Shown piece after piece: positions 42,661 through 52,541 of a DNA stretch of 64,000 nucleotides. The notes under the pieces were generated by a model. That model did no database searches, was not told where the DNA came from, and saw only the letters and a list, made by a program, of their open reading frames with translations. Position 1 is the first letter of the stretch; each line of letters opens with the position of its first letter. The position numbers and the translations under genes are program-made. Source of the DNA: Alphaproteobacteria bacterium (GTDB lineage: Bacteria > Pseudomonadota > Alphaproteobacteria > MPNO01); contig CBDFLJ010000001.1 of the NCBI GenBank assembly GCA_965248835.1, positions 1,088,001 to 1,152,000 on the forward strand, in the 5' to 3' direction.

Positions 42661-43506
42661 TCAGCCCTCGCGCACGCGGGCGCTTTCGTGCCAGTGGCGC
42701 AGCGCCGCGTTCTGCAGCCAGGTCAGCGCGGCAAAAATCGCGATGCCGGCCAGTGAGATCAGGAACAGGGCCGCGAACATGCGCGGAATGTTGAGACGAT
42801 AGCCCGATTCGAGGATCCGGTAGGCAAGCCCCGATTCCGTCCCCCCGGTCCCGGCGACGAACTCCGCGACCACCGCGCCGATCAGGGCGAGCCCGCCGGC
42901 GATCCGGAGCGAGGACAGGTAATAGGGCATCGCCGCGGGCAACCGGAGCTGCCAGAGGATCTGCTTGCGACTGGCACCGTAGAGTTCGAACAACTCGAGC
43001 AGGTTGTGATCGGCGCTGTTGAGCCCGAGCGTCGTGTTGGCCACGACCGGGAAGAACGCCACGATCCAGGCGCAGACCACCAGCGATGCCTCGATGTCCT
43101 TGACCCAGATAATGATCAGCGGCGCGATGGCGACCACCGGCGTGACCTGCAGGATCACCGCATAGGGGAACAGGCTTGCCTCGATCCATTTCGACCGGGC
43201 GAAGACGACCGCGATCCCGAGCCCGCCGAACGCGGCCAGCAGGAATGCCGCGATCGTTGTCTGCAGCGTGCTCAAGAGCGAGCCGAACAGGGTCCGCCAA
43301 TCGCTGAGCAGGGTCTCGACGATCAGGAGCGGGCCGGGAAGGACGTAGTGCTTGACCTCGAAGAAACCGACCGCTGCTTCCCAGCCGATCAGGAACATCA
43401 GGCCGACCAGGACGGGTGCCAGACGGCGACTCATGCGGCCGGACGCCGCGCCATCGGCGGCGGACTGCCCCTGTGGCTGGGCGAAATGCTCCGATGTGTC
43501 TGACAT
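42661..43506 (-). CDS. ABC transporter permease, NitT/TauT family
   Basis: LQVTPVVAIAPL, FFPV.ANTTLGL, LRLPAAMPY, IGAVVAEF. Confidence 0.92.
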   Translation of the reverse strand: MSDTSEHFAQPQGQSAADGAASGRMSRRLAPVLVGLMFLIGWEAAVGFFEVKHYVLPGPLLIVETLLSDWRTLFGSLLSTLQTTIAAFLLAAFGGLGIAVVFARSKWIEASLFPYAVILQVTPVVAIAPLIIIWVKDIEASLVVCAWIVAFFPVVANTTLGLNSADHNLLELFELYGASRKQILWQLRLPAAMPYYLSSLRIAGGLALIGAVVAEFVAGTGGTESGLAYRILESGYRLNIPRMFAALFLISLAGIAIFAALTWLQNAALRHWHESARVREG

Positions 43507-43561
43507 GATGTCCGGTCGGCGCCGATATAGCCTTGGCAAGCCATGGAACACAACGCCGGCG

Positions 43562-44251
43562 TCAGGCGAAGGCGAAGCGTTGTCTCAGCAGGAACGGCGA
43601 ATCGGTCGTGTCCTGCTCGAACAGGCAGATCCCATCGAGTGTGACCGAGCAGAGACCGGCCGTTGCGAAGAGGTCCGCCAGCGCCGCTGCGGCGCGTGCC
43701 CGCTCCTCGGCGGCAAGCCGGCCGGTCAGGGTCATGTGGAACCGGAACGCCTCCAGGACGTACGGGTAGCCCCATTGGGCGAGGTTCCGCTCTTGCGCGC
43801 CGGTCAGCCCTGACGGTCGGCTGTCGGCGCGCTCGGCACCGTCCATCGGGCTGCGGAACCGATCGAAGCGGCGCAGGCAGTCTTCGGCCAGACGGTCTAT
43901 TTCCGGGCAGGCCCGCGTGCAGGTCAACGCCAGGAACCCGCCCAGAGCGGTGACCGCAAGCGGCGGCAGGACGATCGCGGTGCGTTCGCGGGCAAACGCG
44001 GCCAGGGCCGCGATCAGCGCCGCTTCCCGGCAGCCCGGCGCCATCCGAAAGGGCGGCTTCAGGGTTGCATGGAAGCCGTAGTGGCGCGGCGCCTCGGTGA
44101 TCTCCGCGCACCGGGCGGCGCTGAACCCGGCGAGCGCGGACCGTGCCAGCGCCGCCCCGCTCGCCGGATCGCGCCCGAGCCACGCGTTGGCCACCTGCCA
44201 CAGCGCGCCGTCCGCGCGCGGGGCGGCATAGATCGCAAAGCGCCGGGCCAT
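43562..44251 (-). CDS. DUF1045 family 2H phosphoesterase-like protein
   Basis: RFAIY.AP, YGFHATLKPPF and FRFHMTLTG (two HxT motifs), WGYPYV. Confidence 0.88.
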   Translation of the reverse strand: MARRFAIYAAPRADGALWQVANAWLGRDPASGAALARSALAGFSAARCAEITEAPRHYGFHATLKPPFRMAPGCREAALIAALAAFARERTAIVLPPLAVTALGGFLALTCTRACPEIDRLAEDCLRRFDRFRSPMDGAERADSRPSGLTGAQERNLAQWGYPYVLEAFRFHMTLTGRLAAEERARAAAALADLFATAGLCSVTLDGICLFEQDTTDSPFLLRQRFAFA

Positions 44252-44261
44252 GGCGGGCCGG

Positions 44262-45149
44262 CTATCGCTCGATCCCCGCCAGGCGTTCGAGGACGGCGCA
44301 GACCGCGGCGGTGTCCTTGGCCTCCAGGCCCTGCGCGAGCGCGTCGCGGTAGACCTGGCCCGAGGCCTCGAACAGCGGGACGGTGCAGCCGAGCCCAGCG
44401 GCGAACGCACCGATGATCTGCATGTCCTTTTGCCACAGGCCGATCGACATGGTGGCCGGGTCGTAGTCGTTGGCCGCCATCATCGGCCCGCGCACCTCGA
44501 ACACGCGCGAGGTCCCGGCGCCGGCGCCGATCACGTCGAGAATCTGCTGCGGCGCGAGCCCCGCCTTGATGCCCAGCACCATTGCCTCGGCCGCGGCCAC
44601 GTTGTGGATCGCGACCAGGAGGTTGGCGACAAACTTCATCCGGCTGCCGTTGCCGAACGGGCCGACATCGAAATGCAGGCGGCTGAAACCGTCGAACACA
44701 TCGGCGCAGCGGGCGATCGCCGCGCTGTCGCCGCTGGCATAGACCACCAGGTCCTTGACCGCGGCCTGGGACCCGGTGCCGCTGAGCGGGGTATCCAGCA
44801 GCACGATCCCGGCCTCGGCGAGGACCGCCCGGCCGCGCTCCTTCGCCTCGATCGGCAGCGTGCTGGTCTCGCATACGATCAGCCCGTCACGGGCCGAGGC
44901 GGCGAGCCCGTCGGCGCCGCCGGTCACGGCTTCGAAGGCCGCGACGCTGGGCAGCGAGGTGATGACGATCTCCGCCTGCTCGGCCACCGCGCGCGGGCTC
45001 GCCGCGATCCTTCCGCCAAGCGCGGCAAGCGCCGCCTCTCGGTCGGCCGAAGGATCGCGGCCGATGACCGGGAACCCCGCCGCGATCAGGTTCTTCGCCA
45101 TCGCCCCGCCCATCGTGCCTGCGCCGATCACGCCGACGGTTCCCGTCAT
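44262..45149 (-). CDS. NAD(P)-dependent beta-hydroxyacid dehydrogenase (3-hydroxyisobutyrate dehydrogenase family)
   Basis: GVIGAGTMG, DTPLSG, G..MKFVAN, KDM. Confidence 0.9.
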   Translation of the reverse strand: MTGTVGVIGAGTMGGAMAKNLIAAGFPVIGRDPSADREAALAALGGRIAASPRAVAEQAEIVITSLPSVAAFEAVTGGADGLAASARDGLIVCETSTLPIEAKERGRAVLAEAGIVLLDTPLSGTGSQAAVKDLVVYASGDSAAIARCADVFDGFSRLHFDVGPFGNGSRMKFVANLLVAIHNVAAAEAMVLGIKAGLAPQQILDVIGAGAGTSRVFEVRGPMMAANDYDPATMSIGLWQKDMQIIGAFAAGLGCTVPLFEASGQVYRDALAQGLEAKDTAAVCAVLERLAGIER

Positions 45150-45222
45150 CCCCAGCCCTCCGATTGCCGTGCCGCTGTGTGCTATAAGCCGGGGCAGGAT
45201 AACCAGCCCGGGCGGGGAGGTC

Positions 45223-47571
45223 ATGGCGAATACGGGAACGCATCCGGGCCAGGGCGTCGGCGCGGCGATCCCGCGCAAGGAGGATGCGCGGCTGATGCGC
45301 GGGCGCGGCCGCTATGTCGGCGACTTCGCCCTGCCCGGCCAGCTCGAAATCGCCTTCCTCAGGAGTCCCGTGGCGCACGCCCATATCCGCGGGATCGAAA
45401 TTCCCGATGAGATTCGCGAGCAGGTGTTCGTCCACGACGACCTCGCCGGCGTGCAGCCGATCCGCGCGGTTTCCGGCCTGCCGGGCTTCAAGCCGTCCGA
45501 CCAGCCGGTTCTCGCCCTGCACAAGGTCCGTCAGGTGGGTGAGATGATCGCGATGTGCGCGGCCGAGACTCGCGCCGAGGCGGAGGATCTGTGCGATCGG
45601 ATCACCGTCGACTTCGAGGCGCTGCCCGCGGTCACCGACATGAGGAAGGCGCGCGATGACCAGGCACCGCTGGTCCACGAACCGTGGGGCGACAACGTCT
45701 TTCTCGAGACCTTGGTCGACGGCGACATCGGCCCGGCCGCCGCCGCCGCCGCGGTCACCGTCACCCGGCGCGTGCGGACCGCGCGTCAGTGCATGGCGCC
45801 GCTCGAGGGCAAGGGCGTGCTGGCCGAATGGGACGGCAGGCTGCGCCAGCTCGTGGTCACCTCCGCCACCCAGCTCCCGCACATCGTCCGCACCGGCCTC
45901 GCGGAATGCCTCGGGCTCGATCAGGCGAGCGTCCGGGTGATCGCGCCCGATGTCGGCGGCGGGTTCGGCTACAAGGGTATCCTCGCACCGGAGGAGATCT
46001 GCGTGGCCTGGCTCGCCCGGCATCTGGAGCGGCCGGTTCGCTGGCTGGAGGATCGGCGCGAGCACCTGACCGCCAACGCCAATTGCCGCGAGCACGATTA
46101 CCTGATCACCGGCTATGCCGACGCCCGCGGCAGGCTGCTTGCGCTCGAAGCCGAGGCGATCGTCGATGCCGGAGCCTATTCGGCCTATCCGTTCTCGGCC
46201 TGCCTGGAGGCGGCTCAGGTCGCCTCCATCCTGCCCGGGCCCTACGTGTTCGATGCCTATCGCTGCCGCACCTATTCCATCGCCTCGAACAAGCCGCCGA
46301 TCCTGCCTTTCCGCGGTGTGGCGCGCACCGGGGTTTGCTTTGCCTTGGAGCTGGTGATCGATGCCATCGCGCGCGCGGTCGGACGCGAGCCGCACGAGGT
46401 CCGGCTCGACAATCTGGTCAAGCCCGAAGCGATGCCGTTCGACAACATCACCGCCAAGCATTTCGACAGCGGCGACTATCCCGAATGCGTCAGGCGCACG
46501 GCCGCGGCGATCGCGGTGCCCGCAGTCCGCGCACGCCAGCGCGCCGGCGAGCCGGACGGACGGCGCATCGGCCTCGGCTTCTCGATCTTCTGCGAGCAGG
46601 CCGCCCACGGCACCTCGGTCTATTCCGGCTGGGGCATCCCGATGGTCCCGGGCTTCGAGCAGGCCGGCGCCCGGCTCACCGCCGACGGCAAGCTGGAGCT
46701 CCGGGTCGGCGTGCACAGCCACGGCCAGGGGCTGGAGACCACCCTCGCCCAGGTCGCCCACGAGGAGCTCGGCATCGATACCGACGATGTCCGGGTGGTG
46801 CTGGGCGATACCGCCTATACGCCGTACTCGACCGGCACCTGGGGGTCGCGCTGCATGGTGATGGCCGGCGGTGCGGTCGCCGAGGCATGCCGGCTGATGG
46901 CCGGCCGCATCAAGAGCATCGGCGCGACGCTCCTGCAGGTCCCGGTGTCCGAGGTCCGGCTGGCAGAGGGGCGCGTGGACGGCCCGTCAGGCAGCGTCAC
47001 CTTGGCCGAAGTGGGAAAAACCTGGTACCTGCGCCCGCAGGATCTGGCCGAGGACACCGATCCGCAAGGGCTTGAGGTGACCGGCGGCTACAAGCCGGTC
47101 CGCGATTCCGGGACCTTCAGCTATGCCTGCCACGCCGTGGTCCTCGCCGTCGATACCGCGACGGGAGAGGTCGAGATCCTCGACTACGCGATCTGCGAGG
47201 ACGGCGGGGTGCTGGTCAACCCGCTGATCGTCGACGGCCAGGTCCACGGTGGCACCGGCCAGGGCATCGGCACCGCGCTCTACGAGGAGATGCCCTATGC
47301 CGCGGACGGCCAGCCGATGGCGCCGACCCTGGCCGACTATCTGTTGCCCGGCCCAACCGAGATCCCGGCAGTCCGCATCGACCACATGCAGACCCCTTCG
47401 CCCTACACCACCTTCGGCCAGAAGGGGATCGGCGAGGGCGGAGCGATCGGCCCGCCGGCGGCGATCGCCAACGCCGTCAACGACGCGCTGGCGCCTCTGG
47501 GGGTCGAGATAAGCGAGTGCCCGATCACCCCGCGCCGGCTTCTGGCGGCGATCCAGGCGGCGGCGGGCTGA
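45223..47571 (+). CDS. Molybdenum hydroxylase large subunit, paralog 3 (stand-alone)
   Basis: RKEDARL, DVGGGFGYKG, loop LPFRGVAR, FDSGDY, SHGQG, GTWGSR, KGIGEGG; GGAGG RBS. Confidence 0.93.
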   Translation: MANTGTHPGQGVGAAIPRKEDARLMRGRGRYVGDFALPGQLEIAFLRSPVAHAHIRGIEIPDEIREQVFVHDDLAGVQPIRAVSGLPGFKPSDQPVLALHKVRQVGEMIAMCAAETRAEAEDLCDRITVDFEALPAVTDMRKARDDQAPLVHEPWGDNVFLETLVDGDIGPAAAAAAVTVTRRVRTARQCMAPLEGKGVLAEWDGRLRQLVVTSATQLPHIVRTGLAECLGLDQASVRVIAPDVGGGFGYKGILAPEEICVAWLARHLERPVRWLEDRREHLTANANCREHDYLITGYADARGRLLALEAEAIVDAGAYSAYPFSACLEAAQVASILPGPYVFDAYRCRTYSIASNKPPILPFRGVARTGVCFALELVIDAIARAVGREPHEVRLDNLVKPEAMPFDNITAKHFDSGDYPECVRRTAAAIAVPAVRARQRAGEPDGRRIGLGFSIFCEQAAHGTSVYSGWGIPMVPGFEQAGARLTADGKLELRVGVHSHGQGLETTLAQVAHEELGIDTDDVRVVLGDTAYTPYSTGTWGSRCMVMAGGAVAEACRLMAGRIKSIGATLLQVPVSEVRLAEGRVDGPSGSVTLAEVGKTWYLRPQDLAEDTDPQGLEVTGGYKPVRDSGTFSYACHAVVLAVDTATGEVEILDYAICEDGGVLVNPLIVDGQVHGGTGQGIGTALYEEMPYAADGQPMAPTLADYLLPGPTEIPAVRIDHMQTPSPYTTFGQKGIGEGGAIGPPAAIANAVNDALAPLGVEISECPITPRRLLAAIQAAAG

Positions 47572-47581
47572 GCGGGTCCGC

Positions 47582-49033
47582 TCAGCGGCCGGAGAAACCC
47601 TTCAAGCAGGAAGCGGCCTCGCCATTGCCGAAATCGGCAAAGGCGAGGATCGCGGCCGGCGGAAAAACGACCGCCCCTAGCAGCCGGCCGAGACGGGCGA
47701 CGGCGCCGAGCGCGTCCGGGCGGACGGTCGGTCGCCCGAGGCTGCCGCTGATCCTGATCGGGACCGCAACATTCAGGGTGGGCGATTTCGCCCGCGGCGT
47801 GAGCTTCATCTCGATCCGATCCTTGGCGAGGTCGATCTTACCCTCCCCGGTCACGGTCGATGCGCCCGTGTCGACAAGCAAGAGCTTGTGAGTCCCGACC
47901 CCCTTGTCGAAGACGACCCGGCTGACGGCGCAGTTGAGCGCCGACCATTCGCTGTCCTTTTCGAACAAAGAGCCGAGCACGGTGGTCAGACCGCCAACAG
48001 CGAGGTCGAGCGCTTGTGCCTTGATCCTGCCGTTGCCGACGAAAAGCTTCGATTCGCCGGCGAGACTCGCGGCCATCTCGGCGGCCGAGCGGCCGCGGGA
48101 GGTCAGCCGCAGATCGATGCTGCCTTCGGCGACGACCAACTGGCCGGCGCCGGCTTCCTGGGCGAGCCGGCCGATTTCAATCCCGTTGCCCCGCAGATCG
48201 AAAGATGCCGTGGCGCTTTCGCCGTCCGGGCCGAACATAAGCGCCCCGGCGATCTTGCCGCCGCCAAGATCGAAGGAAAGCGGCGCAACGTCGAGCCGCC
48301 CGTCCTTGAGGCTGATCGTCGCCGCAAAATCCCGAAATACGGCCGAGGGCGTCTCCAAGGCGCCCAGTTCGACCGTGGCCTCGACGGCAAGGCCGGCAAG
48401 CGCATCGAGCGGCAGCGGTGTGGCGGGGAAGAGCTTGGCCGAAGGCGCCGTTGGCTTCGGCTTTCCGAGCGGTCGGAGCGCCAACCGGCTTGCCTTCACG
48501 GCCGCGCGGACCACGCCGCGCTCGGTCTCGGCTTCCAGCTTCTCGACCACGAGATCAAGTGCCAGCTCCTTCGAGCGATAGACGATCCGCGCGTTTTCGA
48601 CGATCACGAAGCCCGGCATCGGCGGCGGCTCCGTCGACGCGGCGCCGACGCCAAGCAGCCAGTTGTTCCCGCCATCCTTGCCCTCTTCAAGGGCAAGATC
48701 GAGGTCCTTCAGGACAACTTGCCGGACGGTGAAGTCGCCACCGAGCGCGGCAAGCAGGTCGAAGCGCAGCTCGAGATAGGCAAGGCGGGCCAAGGCGGGA
48801 GCCACCCCGCCCGCGGAATTCGCGATCCGGATGTGGCGCGCGCGCACCGTCGTCTTGCGCCCGAGATCGAGGGCCAGCGGCCCGTCGAGGGTGACCGTCC
48901 TGCCAAGCGCGGCGGAGGCCTCCGCCGCAATCTCCTCGCGCCAGTCGTCGATGGCGAACGCGGTGAAGAACAACCCGGCCGCGATGACCACGACGGCGAC
49001 GGCCGCAGCCAGGACATGGACGGCCCTTTTCAT
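47582..49033 (-). CDS. AsmA family protein
   Basis: N-terminal TM, ALGR.V.LDG.L, G..NW, glycine-rich beta-groove repeats, NCAV...G.G.IDL, P..I.G.L..P. Confidence 0.82.
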   Translation of the reverse strand: MKRAVHVLAAAVAVVVIAAGLFFTAFAIDDWREEIAAEASAALGRTVTLDGPLALDLGRKTTVRARHIRIANSAGGVAPALARLAYLELRFDLLAALGGDFTVRQVVLKDLDLALEEGKDGGNNWLLGVGAASTEPPPMPGFVIVENARIVYRSKELALDLVVEKLEAETERGVVRAAVKASRLALRPLGKPKPTAPSAKLFPATPLPLDALAGLAVEATVELGALETPSAVFRDFAATISLKDGRLDVAPLSFDLGGGKIAGALMFGPDGESATASFDLRGNGIEIGRLAQEAGAGQLVVAEGSIDLRLTSRGRSAAEMAASLAGESKLFVGNGRIKAQALDLAVGGLTTVLGSLFEKDSEWSALNCAVSRVVFDKGVGTHKLLLVDTGASTVTGEGKIDLAKDRIEMKLTPRAKSPTLNVAVPIRISGSLGRPTVRPDALGAVARLGRLLGAVVFPPAAILAFADFGNGEAASCLKGFSGR

Positions 49034-49055
49034 AGAGCTGCACCCCGGCGCGCCG

Positions 49056-49643
49056 TCACAGGATGATCGAGGGGTTGCGGATGTTCTGGTCGCGGTCGAT
49101 CAGGTTGACCTGCTTGACCAGCACCTCCCAGCCGGCGCCCCGGCGGCGCAGCCGATGGCCGGCCCAGCCCGACCACAGGCGCGTCTCGCCCGCCCGGAAC
49201 TCGCTGATGAAAACGTTCGAACGCATCATGACGATCGCCGGATCATCGGTCTCGTAGGCCTCGATATTGGAGACCAGCCGCACCGTGCGCGAGGCTGGTG
49301 CCTGGGACCAGGCGATCCCGGTGCCGAGGCGGTAGATCCGATCCTCCAGCCGCCTGCGGTCGTCGAATGCGATGGCGACCTCGCGCCTGGGATCGCCGCC
49401 CGACACGGTGCCCGGCACCCAATAGGCGCATTCGCCGGCATAGAGCGCGAGCCAGTCATCGAGGCGGTTCTCGTCGAGCATCCGCGCCTCGCGCTCGAGC
49501 ACGCGGCGCAGCGTGTCGCGCACGCCGGGGTCGGTGATCTCCCGATCCTCGCGCCGCCAGTTGGCGAAGGCCTCGATCAGCATGTCGTAATAGTCGTTGC
49601 TGACGTAATAGGACGACCGCGACGGATCGGGGCTCTCGGGCAT
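49056..49643 (-). CDS. Aromatic ring-hydroxylating dioxygenase beta subunit (TdnA2/AtdA4-like)
   Basis: REARMLDE..LDDWL.LY...C.YWVP, DDRRRLEDRI.RL, Q.P.SRT.R.VSN, KQVNLID. Confidence 0.92.
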   Translation of the reverse strand: MPESPDPSRSSYYVSNDYYDMLIEAFANWRREDREITDPGVRDTLRRVLEREARMLDENRLDDWLALYAGECAYWVPGTVSGGDPRREVAIAFDDRRRLEDRIYRLGTGIAWSQAPASRTVRLVSNIEAYETDDPAIVMMRSNVFISEFRAGETRLWSGWAGHRLRRRGAGWEVLVKQVNLIDRDQNIRNPSIIL

Positions 49644-49651
49644 GGTCCGGC

Positions 49652-51013
49652 TCACGGCGCCCGCTTGACGGCGATGCGCGGGTCGGCGGTCATCAAGCGC
49701 TTCCAGACCTTGGTGTGCTCGCGCATGAAGACCTCGTCGGTCGAGGGGCCGGTGATCACCCCGCGCGCATCGACCTCGATGCGGCCGGGCAGGCCGAGTC
49801 CGCGGTGCATGTAGACCCATTCGTCCTCCTCGGCGGCGAGCCCGACCTGGATCTGCTCGAAGTTCGCCAGGTCGTCGACCTCGCCGAAATTCGGGAAGGA
49901 TTCCTGGGTGCGCATCCTGAGCGCGTTGATGTCATCGACGGTGCCCTCCAGCACGCCGTCCTCGTCGATGACCGCGGTGCCGTACCAGGTCGTGTCGGTC
50001 TCGTCGACCGAGACCGGATGGGAGACCTGGATGTGGTTGCCGAGGATGTGGAGGTTGGGAAAGACGTTGATGTTGACCGGCTCGGAGGAGGCCAGATCGA
50101 GCGCGTAGTCGGCCTTCTCGCCCAGCCTCTGGCGCAGCGAGGCCTCGAAATGCTCCATGCCCGGGTGGGGTCCCTCGATCTCCCACAGCGCGCCCGGCCG
50201 ATCCTCGACATTGGGCCGCTTGTCCTTGTAGTGGTGGCCGTTGGCGTAGCACTGGACATACATCGCCGCATCGTCCGGACTGCCGCGGTAGAACGCCATG
50301 CCCTTGTCGCCGTCCTCGACCATGCGGTTCTCCATCGCCAGCAGCGACTGGTGGGAGAACAGCACGTGGTAGCCGTCGGCCGAGTTGTCGTAGAGCAGCT
50401 TCCAGTTGCCCTTGAACTTCAGCCGGTTGGCCTCGCACAGCGCGATCCTGCCGCCGGGATGGCGGTCGAGCCATTCGTCGATCGGCCGCGCCACCGGGCC
50501 GAGATACGCGGTCAGCGGCGGCGCATCGAGGTTGAGCGTGCCGAAGATGAACCCGCGATAGGACTCGACCCGCGGCACCTGGGCGAGGTTGAACTTGTCC
50601 TCGCTGAAATCGGTCGCGTAGCCCTCCGCCCACGGCACGCCCTGGATCTTGCCGGAATTGAAAAAGCTCCAGCCGTGATAGCCGCACATGAACGACTTCG
50701 CCTTGCCCCGGTCCTGGCGGCAGACGGTCGAGCCGCGATGGGTGCAGCGGTTGTAGAGCGCGCGGATCACCCCCCGGGAATCGCGGACCAGGATGATCGG
50801 CCGCAGACCGAGTCGGGTCCGCACGAAGTCGTCGTTCTCCGGGATCTGGCTCTCGTGGCCCAGAAAGACCCAGACCGCGCCGAAGATCCTGGTCATTTCC
50901 TCGCGGAAGATCGCCGGGTCGGTGTAAAGCAGCCGGTGGACCCGGTCCTCGTGGACCAGCGCCTCGTAGTCGTAGCAAGGTGCCCCGTTGGGCAAGCCTT
51001 CGGTCCTGTTCAT
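49652..51013 (-). CDS. Aromatic ring-hydroxylating dioxygenase alpha subunit (TdnA1/AtdA3-like)
   Basis: DRVHR.LYTDP.IF.EE, NRCTHRG...CGYHGW, NWKL..DN..DGYHV.FSH, DD..NFE.IQ.GL. Confidence 0.93.
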   Translation of the reverse strand: MNRTEGLPNGAPCYDYEALVHEDRVHRLLYTDPAIFREEMTRIFGAVWVFLGHESQIPENDDFVRTRLGLRPIILVRDSRGVIRALYNRCTHRGSTVCRQDRGKAKSFMCGYHGWSFFNSGKIQGVPWAEGYATDFSEDKFNLAQVPRVESYRGFIFGTLNLDAPPLTAYLGPVARPIDEWLDRHPGGRIALCEANRLKFKGNWKLLYDNSADGYHVLFSHQSLLAMENRMVEDGDKGMAFYRGSPDDAAMYVQCYANGHHYKDKRPNVEDRPGALWEIEGPHPGMEHFEASLRQRLGEKADYALDLASSEPVNINVFPNLHILGNHIQVSHPVSVDETDTTWYGTAVIDEDGVLEGTVDDINALRMRTQESFPNFGEVDDLANFEQIQVGLAAEEDEWVYMHRGLGLPGRIEVDARGVITGPSTDEVFMREHTKVWKRLMTADPRIAVKRAP

Positions 51014-51046
51014 GACCTTCTGCTCCTCGGTTGGGCCGCGCGGTGG

Positions 51047-52537
51047 TCAGAAGAAATCAAAATACTCGTTCTGCTCCCATTGGGTGACGCCGTTGATGCG
51101 CGCATCGCCCTCATTCTCGCAGGCCTGCCCGAAGCGGTCGATCTCGGCGCGCTTCAGGGCGATGAAATAGTCCACGAAACGGGCGCCGAACGCATCGCGA
51201 AAAACGCATGCGCCCTCCAGCAGCCCGATCGCCGCATCGAGCGAGTCCGGCAGCTTCGGCCGGTCGGCGCTATAGGGCTCATCATCGGCCGGCGGCGGGG
51301 CTAGGCCGCGCTCGATCCCGTCGAGCCCGGCCGCGATCTGCGAGGCGATGAACAGATAGGGGCTTGCCGCCGGCTCGGCCGCCCGGTTCTCCAGCCTCGT
51401 TGCCGGATCGCCCGGCCCGCCCAGGACGCGCACCATCGTTCCGCGGTTATCGAACCCCCAGCCAGCCCGGTCCGGCGCCAGCGAGTTCGGCCTGAACCGG
51501 CTGTAGCCGTTGACCGTGGGGGTGGCGAAGGAAGTGCCCGGTCCGGCATGGGCAATCAGCCCGGCGAGGAAGGACCGGCCCGACGGGCTGAGGAGCTCGG
51601 CGCCGTCATCGGGCGTGAACAGGTTGCGCCCGCTCTGCCGATCGGCGAGCGATTGGTGCAGGTGCCAGCCGCTGGCGAAGAACCCTTCGAAGGCCGGCCG
51701 GCACATGAAGCTCGCGAAATGGCCGAGCCGGCGGCACACCTGGCGGGTGGCGGTGCGGAAGAGCACGTAGTCATCGGCCGCGCGCATCGCCTCGTCGGCG
51801 GCAAAGGTGCATTCGACCTGGCCGGGGCCGAACTCGTTTTCGATCGAACGCAATCTCAGGCCGAGCGCCCGGTAGGTCCGGGCGAGCTCGCTCATGACCG
51901 GCTGCATGAGATCGAGATTGGTCTCGCAGTGATAGGCAAAGCCCGGCTCGGCCGGGGCCGTCGCGATCGGCCGGCCCGGCCGTCCCTGATGGGAGGTCTC
52001 GGCCGGGCCGATCCGGTCATCGAGGATCCGCGCCAGGTACCATTCGACCTCGAGCCCGACGATCAGCCGCATGGCGCGCGCCTCGAGGCGGGCGATCTGG
52101 CGTTTCAGCAGATGCCGGGTGGAGAACGGGAACGGGCTTCCGTCGCGGAAATACTCGTCGCCCAGGACCCAGCCGATCCCCGGCGCCCAGGGCAGGATCC
52201 GGAAGGTCAGCGGATCGGGCACGTAGACCAGATTGGGCGAGCCGGTCATTTCCTCGAGCCCCATCCCGCCGCCGCGGGTAAACGAGGAGAACACCCGGCC
52301 GCCGGAAGCATCGAGCGTCGCGCTGGCGACGTTGATGTTGTAGCCGTTGCGCAGCGCCTCGCCGAAGGCCGGCGGGCTCAGCGCCTTGGCTCTGGCGACA
52401 CCGTGGGTGTCCGCCCAGGCAACGCGGATCAGATGCAGATCCTCGCGCTCGATCAGGCGCGGCAGTTCGGCCGCGCGCGCGGCCTGCTCCTCGGTCCACA
52501 GGCCGTGGCGTTCGATGAACCCCGGGGTTTGCGCCAT
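51047..52537 (-). CDS. Glutamine synthetase-like gamma-glutamylating enzyme (TdnQ/AtdA1-like)
   Basis: GLEVEW, ENEFGPGQVE, SGWHLHQSL, DNRG.MVRV, RLENR; FIERHGLWT N-terminus; adjacent to dioxygenase alpha/beta. Confidence 0.9.
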   Translation of the reverse strand: MAQTPGFIERHGLWTEEQAARAAELPRLIEREDLHLIRVAWADTHGVARAKALSPPAFGEALRNGYNINVASATLDASGGRVFSSFTRGGGMGLEEMTGSPNLVYVPDPLTFRILPWAPGIGWVLGDEYFRDGSPFPFSTRHLLKRQIARLEARAMRLIVGLEVEWYLARILDDRIGPAETSHQGRPGRPIATAPAEPGFAYHCETNLDLMQPVMSELARTYRALGLRLRSIENEFGPGQVECTFAADEAMRAADDYVLFRTATRQVCRRLGHFASFMCRPAFEGFFASGWHLHQSLADRQSGRNLFTPDDGAELLSPSGRSFLAGLIAHAGPGTSFATPTVNGYSRFRPNSLAPDRAGWGFDNRGTMVRVLGGPGDPATRLENRAAEPAASPYLFIASQIAAGLDGIERGLAPPPADDEPYSADRPKLPDSLDAAIGLLEGACVFRDAFGARFVDYFIALKRAEIDRFGQACENEGDARINGVTQWEQNEYFDFF

Positions 52538-52541
52538 CGCC

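Noticed and set aside
27615-47571. Aerobic CO dehydrogenase (coxMSL) call
   Set aside because: None of the three large subunits has the form I AYRCSFR loop, and no coxDEFG accessory genes are present.
51047-52537. Housekeeping glutamine synthetase glnA
   Set aside because: Context with dioxygenase alpha/beta and the TdnQ-like N-terminus point to a gamma-glutamyl-amide synthetase.
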